Source of the DNA: Rhodothermales bacterium
Lineage (GTDB): Bacteria; Bacteroidota; Rhodothermia; Rhodothermales; Bin80
Length of the DNA stretch: 64,000 bases
Reading direction: 5' to 3'
NCBI GenBank assembly: GCA_965216255.1
Contig: OZ244148.1
Coordinates: 710,623-774,622, forward strand
Below are positions 28,541 to 38,857 of the stretch, in pieces. Position 1 is the first letter of the stretch, and the number at the start of each line of letters is the position of its first letter. The notes beneath the pieces were generated by a model. It saw nothing but the letters and a program-made list of their open reading frames with translations. It was not told the origin of the DNA and did no database searches. The position numbers and the translations under genes were made by a program.

Positions 28541-31500
28541 TTCTTCCAGAGAGCAAGTCATCCGTGCAGCGGCATGCTGCGCAGTTTTCATTCGGCAGCC
28601 GGATTCTGGCCGTCCTTTTCAGTGCGGCGGCCTTGTTGTGTGGGTCGGCGCTGGGGCAGGTGCCCGAGGCGCTTGAGTGCGCCGAGGTGCATATCGAGGC
28701 GGGCCAGGAGCAGCGCCTGTTCTGCGTTCCGGAGGAGGCGGACGCGTCCTGGACGTACCAGTGGCAGAGCGAGTGGCCGGTAGCGCTGGGCTACCTGAGC
28801 AGCGCTGCCGAGAGCCGGCCCGTGCTGCGCATCCCGCAGGATGCGGCGGCGGGGCTGCATGTGTACACGCTGACCGTGGAGGACGCCCTGGGCCGGGTGA
28901 TACATACCGGCCGGCAGGAGGTGGTGGTACATGCCGCTGGCTTCTGCGACGCCGACGGCCCCGTAAAGGGCCTCGGCCAGGCGGCGTTTTTGTGCGACGA
29001 GCCGGACGAAGCGGACGTGTTTGTGGCCGAGCGGATCCTGGAGGTGCAGCTGACTGATGATGTCGTCGGGGACGCGGGCCCGCCTCTGGAGCTGGACTGC
29101 GAGCCGCACCTGACGGCGGAGACGGGATCGGAAGCATCCATTGCGTGTCACGGCCACGGGGTCGGCATGCTCGAGTACACTGCGGAGTTCGACTGGCCGC
29201 CGTATGTGCAGACGCAGGTGCTGGGCGAAGGGACGTTCACGTTCACCATCCTGCCGCCGCAGATTGACGCCGAGCTGGAAGCGCGGCCCGTCAGGCTTAC
29301 GGCGCGCGATCTGTCCACGGGGCGGTCAGTGACGAGGGAGGTCACGCTGACGGTGGTCAACGTGGAGCCGGTCCTGCAGTGCGAGGACCTGGCAGCGACA
29401 TCGGGCGAGCGGGTCACCGTTCGGTGCAGTGCCGCGAGTGCGGAGGGGCTGCCGGTGCAGCTGCAGTTTTTGCCGCGGCAAGAGCTGGACGGCGTTCCGG
29501 AGGGGGTATTCGAAGAGGCGCCCTGGTTTGTGGCGCCGGAGGTCACTTCGGACACGGCCGTCGAGATGGTGGTCCGGGCCATTGAAGCGGAGACGAACCG
29601 AGTGGCAGAGACATCCTTTGTGCTGCGGATAGCGCCGCATGCGCCGGAGGCTGCAAGCGAGTTGGACAGTCCCGACGACGGCGCCGGCTTCGGCACGACA
29701 GGCAAGATCGATCCCTTGTCGGTGTCGTGCACTGCCGTGTCTGTGACGGAAGGAACGCAGCAGATCCTCAGGAACTGTCTCATCACCGGCGGCACCGAAG
29801 CCCGGCGGCCCTATACGTACTCGTGGACGGGCTCGACGCATCTGTTGAACAGCAACAGGCTGCTTGCCACCTTCGATGCCACCGACATCAGCCTGGCAGA
29901 GCGTGCGAGCGAAACACACACCATCACGCTTAGGGTGACCGATCCTACCGCCGGCCCCGACAATTACGTCTCGGACAGCTTCACGCTGACCGTGGTGGAC
30001 GCGCCGAATATCAGTGCCAATTGTAAAGAATATAGATACTCGCCGAATGAGGGGCAAGATGGGGGAATCTCCTTCGACTGCAGTGCAAACGCAACAGGCA
30101 ACCCGGACATTACGTGGAGTTGGACGGGCGATCTCGAGCTGACCGGCGCGGATACGGCCACGCCCACGGTGGTCAGTATTCCCGATGTGGACGAAGACAC
30201 GGACTATTTTTTCGAGGGAACTGCCTCGGCCATCGGCTACGATCCGGGCACGGTCAACGTTACGGTGGCGGTCAAGAACAGGGTGCTGGACTTTGCTTGC
30301 AGTGACGCGACGATCACGAAGAACGAGGGTGATGCGAATTTCACGGTGGGTTGCAGCGCGTCGGCGAATGACGACGGCTCGCCTACCATAACCTACGCGT
30401 GGTCAGGCGACACGGGGCCCTTGCAAGACGATATAGCTGTGGCCAGCCCCACGTTCTTCGTACCGAAGACAGTCACCATAGACGAGACATACCTCATGAC
30501 GCTGACGGCCAGTGACGGAGATGCGGTTTACGATTCGGACGAGATCGAGGTGACGGTGGTGGTGCGGAACCTGGTAAGCATCTCGGTAAACTGCAACCCG
30601 AAAACATACAACAATGTATTCGAGGGGGGAGTCGACGTCGAGATCCGCGGCTGCAGCGTAAGGGTGGCGGATAACAGCACTCCGACCTACACGTGGAGCT
30701 GGGAAAGCGATCTCCAGCTCAGAGACGACGATACGGCCACGCCCATCGTCGTCATGCCGACCGATATAGCCGCGGATATTGGCTACACGGTTACGGCAAC
30801 GGTAAGTGCTGAAGAAGACGGGTATATCGCCGGGACGGCCACGGTAAATGTGAATGTCAAGAACAGGGTGCTGGACTTTGCCTGCAGTGACGCGACGATC
30901 ACGAAGAACGAGGGTGATGCGAATTTCACGGTGGGTTGCAGCGCGTCGGCGAATGACGACGGCTCGCCTACCATAACCTACGCGTGGTCAGGCGACACGG
31001 GGCCCTTGCAAGGCAAAACTGACGCGGCCATCCGCACGTTCAATGTGCCGAATACAGTCACCATAGACGAGACATACCGCATGACGCTGACGGCCAGTGA
31101 CGGAGATGCGAATCCGGTTTACGATTCGGACGAGATCAAGGTGACGGTGGTGGTGCAGAACGTGGACCAGCAGATCTCGGTTACCTGCGCCCCGGCCACC
31201 GAAATGGGATTCGAGGCGGGAGACGACGTCGAGATCCGCGGCTGCAGCGTAAGCGTGGCGGATGACAGCACTCCGACCTACATGTGGAGCTGGGAAAGCG
31301 ATCTCCAGCTCAGAGACGACGATACGGTCACGCCCATCGTTGTCATGCCGACCGATATGGCCGCGGATATTGGCTACGCGGTTACGGCAACGGTAAGTGC
31401 TGAAGAAAACGGGTATATCGCCGGGACGGCCACGGTAAATGTGAATGTCAAGAACAGGGTGCTGGACTTTGCCTGCAGTGACGCGACGATCACGAAGAAC

Positions 31501-34500
31501 GAGGGTGATGCGAATTTCACGGTGGGTTGCAGCGCGTCGGCAAATGACGACGGATCGCCTACCATAACCTACGCGTGGTCAGGCGACACGGGGCCCTTGC
31601 AAGGCAATACTGGCGCGGCCATCCGCACGTTCAATGTTCCGGATGACGTGCTGCAAACCACCACGTACGACCTGACGCTGACGGCCAGTGACGGAGATGC
31701 GGTTTACGATTCGGACGAGATCGAGGTGACGGTGGTGGTGCTGAACCTGGTAAGCATCTCGATAAACTGCAACCCGAATACATACAACAATGTATTCGAG
31801 GGGGACGATGACATAGAATTCCGCTGCACTGCCGAGGCAGGTGACAACAGCACTCCGACGTTCATGTGGAGCTGGAGTGGTGATCTGACAGACGATAAAA
31901 CGGCCACGCCCGTCTTCGATGTGCCCGATGACGTAGACTTTGACACGAAGTACCGTTTTACGGTCTGGGTGAAAGGGGGCGACGGTTACCGTTCGGGAGA
32001 GACCACGGTAAATGTGAAGGTCAAGAACAGGGTGCTGGACTTTGCCTGCAGTGACGCGACGATCACGAAGAAGGAGGGTGATGAGAATTTCACGGTGGGT
32101 TGCAGCGCGTCGGCAAATACCGGCTCGCCTACCATAACCTACGCGTGGTCAGGCGACACGGGGCCCTTGCAAGGCAATACTGGCGCGGCCATCCGCATGT
32201 TCAATGTTCCGAATAACGTGCTGCAAACCACCACGTACGACCTGACGCTGACGGCCAGTGACGGAGATGCGAATCCGGTTTACGATTCGGACGAGATCGA
32301 GGTGACGGTGGTGGTGCAGAACGTGGACCAGCAGATCTCGGTTACCTGCGCCCCGGCCACCGACATGGGATTCGAGGCGGGAGACGACGTCGAGATCAGC
32401 GGCTGCAGCGTAAGCGTGGCGGATAACAGCACTCCGACCTACACGTGGAGTTGGGAAAGCGATCTCCAGCTCGAAGACGACGATACGGCCACGCCCAGCG
32501 TCGTCATGCCGACCGAAATGGCCGCGGATATTGGCTACACGGTTACGGCAACGGTAAGTGCAGAAGAAGACGGGTATATCGCCGGGACGGCCACGGTAGA
32601 TGTTACGGTCAAGAACAGGGCACTGGACTTTGCCTGCAGTGACTCGGAAGTCACCGTGGACGAGGGTGATGAGAATTTCACGGTGGGTTGCAGCGCGTCG
32701 GCGAATGACGACGGATCGCCTACCATAACCTACGCGTGGTCAGGCGACACGGGGCCTTTGCAAAGCGATATAGCTGTGGCCATCCGCATGTTCAATGTTC
32801 CGAATAACGTGCTGCAAACCACCACGTACGACCTGACGCTGACGGCCAGTGACGGAGATGCGAATCCGGTTTACGATTCGGACGAGATCGAGGTGACGGT
32901 GGTGGTGCAGAACCTGGTAGACATCTCGGTAAACTGTGACCCGAATACATACAACAATGTATTCGAGGGGGGAGTCGACGTCAAGATCAGCGGCTGCAGC
33001 GTAAGCGTGGCGGATAACAGCACTCCGACCTACATGTGGAGCTGGGAAAGCGATCTCCAGCTCAAAGACGACGATACGGCCACGCCCATCGTCGTCATGC
33101 CGACCGAAATGGCCGCGGATATTGGCTACACGGTTACGGCAACGGTAAGTGCAGAAGAAGACGGGTATATCGCCGGGACGGCCACGGTAAATGTTACGGT
33201 CAAGAACAGGGTGCTGGACTTTGCCTGCAGTGACTCGGAAATCACCGTGGACGAGGGTGATGCGAATTTCACGGTGGGTTGCAGCGCGTCGGCAAATACC
33301 GGCTCGCCTACCATAACCTACGCGTGGTCAGGCGACACGGGGCCCTTGCAAAGCGATATAGCTGTGGCCAGCCCCACGTTCAATGTACCGGATGACGTGC
33401 TGCAAACCACCACGTACGACCTGACGCTGACGGCCAGTGACGGAGATGCGAATCCGGTTTACGATTCGGGCACGGTGGACGTAAGCGTGACCGTGGAAAA
33501 CGTAGGCCGCCAGATCAGCGTCAACTGCACGGGAGATGCGAACAGGACGGTGGACGAGGGCGCAGATGACCTGGCTCTCAGCTGCTGGGGCGAGTATCCG
33601 TCGACGGGGTCGGAGCCTCCGAACACGACGTATGCATGGACCAGCGACGATGCCGGTGCCTTTGAGCTGCTGACAAGTACTACAAGCAAGAGTACCACCT
33701 TCGAGGTGCCGGACGAGGTGGTGGGAGACAAGAAGTATACCTACACGATCACAGCCACGTCTGAGGGGTATGTGAACGGCAGCACGAACATCGTGATTAC
33801 GGTGCGGGATGCCGTTCCGCTGGCCGTGTCATGCTCGGATGTGTCTGTCTACGAAGGAACGGGGGAGCATGCGCTGGCCTGCACGGCTCAGGGCACGCCT
33901 GAGGGCACAACCTACGCATGGGAGGCACCTGGGAGTTCGACGGATATGGACTTGTTGACAGTTTCGGAGCCGTTGGCACCCGTGTTTGCGGTGCCGACGT
34001 CGGTGGAAGACAACGAGGAGCACGGGTACAGGATCACGGTGACCGCCGAAGACGTGAGCGTGACCGGGGATGTGACGGTCACGGTGCTGGAGAAGCCCGA
34101 CATCACGGTGAGCTGCACCGCGGCGACGGACGTATTGGAGGGGACGGGTACAACCTTAAGATGCAGTGCTGACGACGCGCCTGGCTCGCCGACCTACACC
34201 TGGAGCTGGACGGCGACGAAGGTGCCTGCGGGCAGCAGTTACCTCGAGCATCTGAGTCCGACCAATTCGGCCACACCGACCTTTACGGCGCCTTCCCTCA
34301 ACCAGGATATGGATGTGGACGTGATGTTTACGGCGATGGCGACGGCGGAGAATGCGGATGCGGGCACGAGGGCTTTCACGGTGACGGTGCGTTACCTGCG
34401 CGTGATCAATTTGTCGTGCGATCCGGACATGTACACGTCGGTGGAGGATTCGGAAGCTGTGCAGTTGGTCTGCGGCGTCACCAATCCGCCTGCGAACACG

Positions 34501-37500
34501 ACCTACAGCTGGGAGGCGGTGGAGCCGACGGCCGACACGGAGGATCTCGAGCCCACAGGCGTGGTGAATCCGAAGTTTGTGGTCCCGGCCAATCTGGACG
34601 CGACGAAGACGTACACGTACACGTTGACGGCGAGCGGGCCGTTTGCGGAAGACGTGGAGGAAGAAGTCAGGGTAACGGTCACGGACCGCCCCGACATTGA
34701 GGCGTCGTGTGCGGACGTGGACGTGCAGGAGGGCGCTGCGACGACCGTCACCTTTGACTGCTCCGCATCGGGACTGGCAGCAGGTACGGCGTACGGCTGG
34801 AGCTGGAATCCGGTCGAGAGCCTCGAGCAGGCGGACATCGAGGATCTCGTCTTCAGGGTGCCGGCGTCGGTGACGAAGGACTCGGTCATCACGTACACGG
34901 CCGAGGTGACGGCCCCGGGAGGAGATCCGGCGACGGCGACCGTCACGGTGACGGTGCGCAACATATTCGAGCTGTCGCTGTCGTGCGATCCGGACACTTA
35001 CAGCGTGCAGGAAGGATCGCAGAACATCACGCTTGCCTGCGAGGCCTCGGGCGGGCCGGCGGACGCGGCGTACAGTTACGCCTGGGTGGTGCCGACGGAC
35101 ACGGACCTGCTGATGCCAACGGACATGCCGAATCCGACTTTCCGGGCGCCTGACAACCTGGACGCGGACGAGACATACACGTACCGGCTGACGGCGAGCT
35201 CGCCCCATGCCGTAAGCGATGCCATACAGGATGTCACGGTCACGGTTACGGATCGGCCGAACGTGAACATGGCGTGCGATTTCAAGGTGGGCGATTTTGT
35301 GGGGAATGAGCTGCCGGGGCCGGTGTACGAGGGGGGAGACGATTTTAATATCCGCTGCACGGACAAGTCTGGCGGCAACTCGGATCTGCGTGTAACCGGC
35401 TGGACCTGGGCCGCGGTGGATCAGTCGCATCTCTTGCTGTTGGCAGAAATTGGCAATTATGCCCACCGCACGTTCCAGGTGCCGGAGGCGCTCCAGGAGA
35501 CGCAGACCTATGAGTACCAGATAACGGGGACGGCCCCGAACGCCGACCCGACGACATTCGATATTTCGTTCATGATTCACGACCGGCCGGACCTCGCGCT
35601 GGACTGCGACCGGGAATCGGTGGTCTATGTCGGCGATGCCGATATCAGCGTGGGCTGCCCGGCAACGAGTGCGTCTTCCGACGCGCTTTCCGAAGTGCCG
35701 GACTACCTCTGGGAGGCGGTGACGCCGACGATGAACACGAACCTGCTCAGCGCGACGAACGTGGCCGCGCCCACGTTCTCCGTGCCCGAAGCGGCGGCCG
35801 ACGCGCGGACCTATCACTATCGCCTAACGGCCGCGGCCGACGGCTGGGATCCGGTCCATGCGGACTTCACGGTGACGGTGCATGAAAACCGGGAGGTCGT
35901 CATAACGTGTCCACCCGTGGCCGATGTCTATGAAGAGACGGCGGCCTTCAACCTGGGATGCACGGCCAGCGGGGCCGCGGACGGGGTAGCCTACCAGTGG
36001 AGCTGGGACGAGTCGAATGCGCCGCACGATCAGCTGACGCTGACGGCGACGGCGAGTCCACTCTTTACGGTGCCGGCCGTGACCGCGGACGAGACCTACA
36101 GCTACGTGGCGACCGTGACGGCAGGCGGCGTGGATGCGGGCACGGAAACGGTGTCGTTCAGGGTACTGGAGCGGCCGGATATCGCGGTGACGTGCACGGA
36201 GCCGCAGGAGCCGCTGAAGGAGGGCCGCAAGGATCTGGAGCTGCCTTGCAAAGCTATGAATGCGCCGGGCGCGGGCACCTACTCGTGGAACTGGGAGCGC
36301 ACGGAAGGCACGAACGATCTCACGGCGACCATAATCGCGAAACCGTCCTTTATCGTGCCGGACGTGGACGCGGCCACTGCCTTCACGTATACGGTGACGG
36401 CCACCGCCGACAATGCAGACGCGGGAACCGAGACGGTGACCGTGACCGTGCTCGACGAGCCCATGATACCGCTGGAATGTCCGACTACCGAGTACGAGGC
36501 CTACAAGGGTGGCACGCCCGTCCAGGTGGATTGCCTGATGGCAAGTGACCCGGAGGAAGTGTCGTATACCTGGCAGGCGCTTGGCACCAGCGAACTGAAC
36601 TGGCTGTTGATTACGACGAAGATCTTCGCTCCGACGCTAACGATGCCGGCGGATGCGGTAACGGATCGGCGGTACAGCTTTAGCCTGGTGATGGAAGCAA
36701 CGGATGCCAAGCAATTACTGCAGTACGTGCATTTCACGGCGCTGGAGAAGCCGGACATCATGGTCACGTGCGAAGACGTGGAGGACGTGGAGGAAGGCTC
36801 GGGGGCGTTCGATTTCGCGTGCACGGCTTCGGGCGCGCCCGGAGACGCGTCGGTCTACACCTGGGACTGGGATCCCACGGACCTTCTGACGAATCACGAC
36901 AGTGCGACGCCCGAGTTTGACGTGCCGGATAACGTGGATGCGGACACGGAGTACAGCTTCACGGTCACCGTCACGGCCGACAACGCCAACAGCGGCACCG
37001 CGACGGTCAGTTTCTCGGTGCTGGATGCGTCATCCGTCACGGTTTCGTGCACGGAGCCGTTGGAGCCTTTGCGCGAAGGCCGCATGCCCCTGGAGCTGCC
37101 CTGCTCTGCGGACGGCTCGCCCGGCGCAGGCCCCTACACGTGGCTCTGGGAGCGCTCAGATGGCACGGGCGATCTCACGGCGACCAACATGGCGAATCCG
37201 TCCTTTACCGCGCCGGACGTGGACGAGACCACCGCCTTCACGTATACCGTGACGGCTTCGGCCACCGATGCGGACGCGGGCGAGACCACCGTGACCGTCA
37301 CCGTGCTTGACGAGCCCATGATACCGCTGGTGTGTGCGAGTGAGGCTTACGAGGCCTACGAGGGCGGCGAGGACGTCCAGGTGCAATGCTCGCTGTCGAG
37401 AGAGGTGCCGGGCCTGGTAGTCCAGTGGCTGTCGATAGGAACGAATGCGAACATGAGCTTGGTGTTGAATAGGAGCGCGCTGAACCCCTACCTGAGGCCG

Positions 37501-38748
37501 CCGCCGTCGGTAACGGCCGACCAGGTTCACACGTATACGATGATCGTGTCCGCGACGGATGCTTACTCACTGATCCTCACTATTAAGTTCACGGTACTGG
37601 AGAAGCCGGACATCATGGTCAGGTGCGAAGACGTGGAGGACGTGGAGGAAGGCTCGGAGGCGTTCGATCTCGCGTGCACGGCTTCGGGCGCGCCCGGAGA
37701 CGCGCCGGTCTACACCTGGGACTGGGGCGAGAGCCCGGACGGGCTAAGCGGCACCGATGATGGGAGTCCGACCTTCGATGCGCCGGATAACGTGGATGCG
37801 GACACGGAGTACAGTTTCACGGTCACCGTCACGGCCGACAATGCCGATGCCGGCACGGCAACGGTCAGCTTCGACGTACTGGACCGGCCGAACGTCACGG
37901 TTTCGTGCACGGAGCCGTTGGAGCCTTTGCGCGAAGGCCGCATGCCCCTGGAGCTGCCCTGCTCTGCGGACGGCTCGCCCGGCGCAGGCCCCTACACGTG
38001 GCTCTGGGAGCGCTCAGATGGCACGGGCGATCTCACGGCGACCAACATGGCGAATCCGTCCTTTACCGCGCCGGACGTGGACGAGACCACCGCCTTCACG
38101 TATACCGTGACGGCTTCGGCCACCGATGCGGACGCGGGCGAGACCACCGTGACCGTCACCGTGCTTGACGAGCCCATGATACCGCTGGTGTGTGCGAGTG
38201 AGGCTTACGAGGCCTACGAGGGCGGCGAGGACGTCCAGGTGCAATGCTCGCTGTCGAGAGAGGTGCCGGGCCTGGTAGTCCAGTGGCTGTCGATAGGAAC
38301 GAATGCGAACATGAGCTTGGTGTTGAATAGGAGCGCGCTGAACCCCTACCTGAGGCCGCCGCCGTCGGTAACGGCCGACCAGGTTCACACGTATACGATG
38401 ATCGTGTCCGCGACGGATGCTTACTCACTGATCCTCACTATTAAGTTCACGGTACTGGAGAAGCCGGACATCATGGTCAGGTGCGAAGACGTGGAGGACG
38501 TGGAGGAAGGCTCGGAGGCGTTCGATCTCGCGTGCACGGCTTCGGGCGCGCCCGGAGACGCGCCGGTCTACACCTGGGACTGGGGCGAGAGCCCGGACGG
38601 GCTAAGCGGCACCGATGATGGGAGTCCGACCTTCGATGCGCCGGATAACGTGGATGCGGACACGGAGTACAGTTTCACGGTCACCGTCACGGCCGACAAT
38701 GCCGATGCCGGCACGGCAACGGTCAGCTTCAACGTCCTGGACAGCTAG
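28537..38748 (+). CDS. Giant (~3,403 aa) acidic cell-surface protein built from ~35 tandem ~95-aa Ig/PKD-like repeats, each with a conserved Cys pair
   Basis: The track ORF starts at 28432. ATG 28537 gives MILPESKSS...ILAVLFSAAALLCGSALGQ (signal peptide). Repeat pattern: x-C-x(4-8)-V-x-EG-x(4-8)-C-x-A-x(5-10)-Y-x-W-x-W...P-x-F-x-V-P...Y-x-Y-x-V-T-A...V-x-V-T-V. The protein ends ...TATVSFNVLDS* with no T9SS CTD. Confidence 0.9.
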   Translation: MILPESKSSVQRHAAQFSFGSRILAVLFSAAALLCGSALGQVPEALECAEVHIEAGQEQRLFCVPEEADASWTYQWQSEWPVALGYLSSAAESRPVLRIPQDAAAGLHVYTLTVEDALGRVIHTGRQEVVVHAAGFCDADGPVKGLGQAAFLCDEPDEADVFVAERILEVQLTDDVVGDAGPPLELDCEPHLTAETGSEASIACHGHGVGMLEYTAEFDWPPYVQTQVLGEGTFTFTILPPQIDAELEARPVRLTARDLSTGRSVTREVTLTVVNVEPVLQCEDLAATSGERVTVRCSAASAEGLPVQLQFLPRQELDGVPEGVFEEAPWFVAPEVTSDTAVEMVVRAIEAETNRVAETSFVLRIAPHAPEAASELDSPDDGAGFGTTGKIDPLSVSCTAVSVTEGTQQILRNCLITGGTEARRPYTYSWTGSTHLLNSNRLLATFDATDISLAERASETHTITLRVTDPTAGPDNYVSDSFTLTVVDAPNISANCKEYRYSPNEGQDGGISFDCSANATGNPDITWSWTGDLELTGADTATPTVVSIPDVDEDTDYFFEGTASAIGYDPGTVNVTVAVKNRVLDFACSDATITKNEGDANFTVGCSASANDDGSPTITYAWSGDTGPLQDDIAVASPTFFVPKTVTIDETYLMTLTASDGDAVYDSDEIEVTVVVRNLVSISVNCNPKTYNNVFEGGVDVEIRGCSVRVADNSTPTYTWSWESDLQLRDDDTATPIVVMPTDIAADIGYTVTATVSAEEDGYIAGTATVNVNVKNRVLDFACSDATITKNEGDANFTVGCSASANDDGSPTITYAWSGDTGPLQGKTDAAIRTFNVPNTVTIDETYRMTLTASDGDANPVYDSDEIKVTVVVQNVDQQISVTCAPATEMGFEAGDDVEIRGCSVSVADDSTPTYMWSWESDLQLRDDDTVTPIVVMPTDMAADIGYAVTATVSAEENGYIAGTATVNVNVKNRVLDFACSDATITKNEGDANFTVGCSASANDDGSPTITYAWSGDTGPLQGNTGAAIRTFNVPDDVLQTTTYDLTLTASDGDAVYDSDEIEVTVVVLNLVSISINCNPNTYNNVFEGDDDIEFRCTAEAGDNSTPTFMWSWSGDLTDDKTATPVFDVPDDVDFDTKYRFTVWVKGGDGYRSGETTVNVKVKNRVLDFACSDATITKKEGDENFTVGCSASANTGSPTITYAWSGDTGPLQGNTGAAIRMFNVPNNVLQTTTYDLTLTASDGDANPVYDSDEIEVTVVVQNVDQQISVTCAPATDMGFEAGDDVEISGCSVSVADNSTPTYTWSWESDLQLEDDDTATPSVVMPTEMAADIGYTVTATVSAEEDGYIAGTATVDVTVKNRALDFACSDSEVTVDEGDENFTVGCSASANDDGSPTITYAWSGDTGPLQSDIAVAIRMFNVPNNVLQTTTYDLTLTASDGDANPVYDSDEIEVTVVVQNLVDISVNCDPNTYNNVFEGGVDVKISGCSVSVADNSTPTYMWSWESDLQLKDDDTATPIVVMPTEMAADIGYTVTATVSAEEDGYIAGTATVNVTVKNRVLDFACSDSEITVDEGDANFTVGCSASANTGSPTITYAWSGDTGPLQSDIAVASPTFNVPDDVLQTTTYDLTLTASDGDANPVYDSGTVDVSVTVENVGRQISVNCTGDANRTVDEGADDLALSCWGEYPSTGSEPPNTTYAWTSDDAGAFELLTSTTSKSTTFEVPDEVVGDKKYTYTITATSEGYVNGSTNIVITVRDAVPLAVSCSDVSVYEGTGEHALACTAQGTPEGTTYAWEAPGSSTDMDLLTVSEPLAPVFAVPTSVEDNEEHGYRITVTAEDVSVTGDVTVTVLEKPDITVSCTAATDVLEGTGTTLRCSADDAPGSPTYTWSWTATKVPAGSSYLEHLSPTNSATPTFTAPSLNQDMDVDVMFTAMATAENADAGTRAFTVTVRYLRVINLSCDPDMYTSVEDSEAVQLVCGVTNPPANTTYSWEAVEPTADTEDLEPTGVVNPKFVVPANLDATKTYTYTLTASGPFAEDVEEEVRVTVTDRPDIEASCADVDVQEGAATTVTFDCSASGLAAGTAYGWSWNPVESLEQADIEDLVFRVPASVTKDSVITYTAEVTAPGGDPATATVTVTVRNIFELSLSCDPDTYSVQEGSQNITLACEASGGPADAAYSYAWVVPTDTDLLMPTDMPNPTFRAPDNLDADETYTYRLTASSPHAVSDAIQDVTVTVTDRPNVNMACDFKVGDFVGNELPGPVYEGGDDFNIRCTDKSGGNSDLRVTGWTWAAVDQSHLLLLAEIGNYAHRTFQVPEALQETQTYEYQITGTAPNADPTTFDISFMIHDRPDLALDCDRESVVYVGDADISVGCPATSASSDALSEVPDYLWEAVTPTMNTNLLSATNVAAPTFSVPEAAADARTYHYRLTAAADGWDPVHADFTVTVHENREVVITCPPVADVYEETAAFNLGCTASGAADGVAYQWSWDESNAPHDQLTLTATASPLFTVPAVTADETYSYVATVTAGGVDAGTETVSFRVLERPDIAVTCTEPQEPLKEGRKDLELPCKAMNAPGAGTYSWNWERTEGTNDLTATIIAKPSFIVPDVDAATAFTYTVTATADNADAGTETVTVTVLDEPMIPLECPTTEYEAYKGGTPVQVDCLMASDPEEVSYTWQALGTSELNWLLITTKIFAPTLTMPADAVTDRRYSFSLVMEATDAKQLLQYVHFTALEKPDIMVTCEDVEDVEEGSGAFDFACTASGAPGDASVYTWDWDPTDLLTNHDSATPEFDVPDNVDADTEYSFTVTVTADNANSGTATVSFSVLDASSVTVSCTEPLEPLREGRMPLELPCSADGSPGAGPYTWLWERSDGTGDLTATNMANPSFTAPDVDETTAFTYTVTASATDADAGETTVTVTVLDEPMIPLVCASEAYEAYEGGEDVQVQCSLSREVPGLVVQWLSIGTNANMSLVLNRSALNPYLRPPPSVTADQVHTYTMIVSATDAYSLILTIKFTVLEKPDIMVRCEDVEDVEEGSEAFDLACTASGAPGDAPVYTWDWGESPDGLSGTDDGSPTFDAPDNVDADTEYSFTVTVTADNADAGTATVSFDVLDRPNVTVSCTEPLEPLREGRMPLELPCSADGSPGAGPYTWLWERSDGTGDLTATNMANPSFTAPDVDETTAFTYTVTASATDADAGETTVTVTVLDEPMIPLVCASEAYEAYEGGEDVQVQCSLSREVPGLVVQWLSIGTNANMSLVLNRSALNPYLRPPPSVTADQVHTYTMIVSATDAYSLILTIKFTVLEKPDIMVRCEDVEDVEEGSEAFDLACTASGAPGDAPVYTWDWGESPDGLSGTDDGSPTFDAPDNVDADTEYSFTVTVTADNADAGTATVSFNVLDS
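30274..33790 (+). repeat. Six tandem higher-order units (573-591 bp, two Ig-like modules each) inside the giant gene
   Basis: The marker AAGAACAGGG(T/C)(G/A)CTGGACTTTGC recurs at 30274, 30859, 31450, 32023, 32611 and 33202. The units are mosaics of shared and variant blocks. Confidence 0.9.
36186..38745 (+). repeat. Three tandem 855-858-bp units (three Ig-like modules each); the last two are apparently identical
   Basis: 37036-37872 and 37894-38730 match at offset 858. All track ORFs in the two copies have identical translations. The first unit (from ~36186) is diverged. Confidence 0.9.
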
Positions 38749-38763
38749 CGGCGCGGCCGCGAA

Positions 38764-38802
38764 GCGCAGCCGGCGGGGGCATTCCGCCTCTGCCGGCTGC
38801 GC
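38764..38802 (+). terminator. Hairpin 16 nt after the giant gene stop (11-bp stem GCGCAGCCGGC / GCCGGCTGCGC, 17-nt loop), no U-tract
   Basis: Arms read directly at 38764-38774 and 38792-38802. Confidence 0.35.
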
Positions 38803-38857
38803 CAATCTGGCCTGGAAGGATACACCGTGACAGCCTGCAAATGGAGCCTGGCAGCAA

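Noticed and set aside
34156-35817. Long antisense or alternative-frame ORFs. Examples: 553 aa at 34156..35817 (minus, inside the giant gene), 586 aa at 21601..23361, 393 aa at 53813..54994, 363 aa at 15523..16614, 376 aa at 44488..45618, 283 aa at 46146..46997.
   Set aside because: All overlap genes with clear family motifs on the other strand or frame. Their translations are Arg/Gly/Pro/His-rich low-complexity strings typical of shadow ORFs in >60% GC DNA.
28537-38748. Diversity-generating retroelement as the source of variation among adhesin repeats.
   Set aside because: There is no reverse transcriptase gene and no template/variable repeat pair with adenine-specific differences. The differences look like block mosaics (gene conversion), not A-site mutagenesis.
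38740-38765. NheI (GCTAGC) and NotI (GCGGCCGC) sites directly at the stop codon of the giant gene, which might suggest a cloning junction.
   Set aside because: GCGGCCGC-type strings occur repeatedly elsewhere in this GC-rich window (for example near 670, 4385 and 9210). No vector-like sequence follows, so coincidence is more likely.
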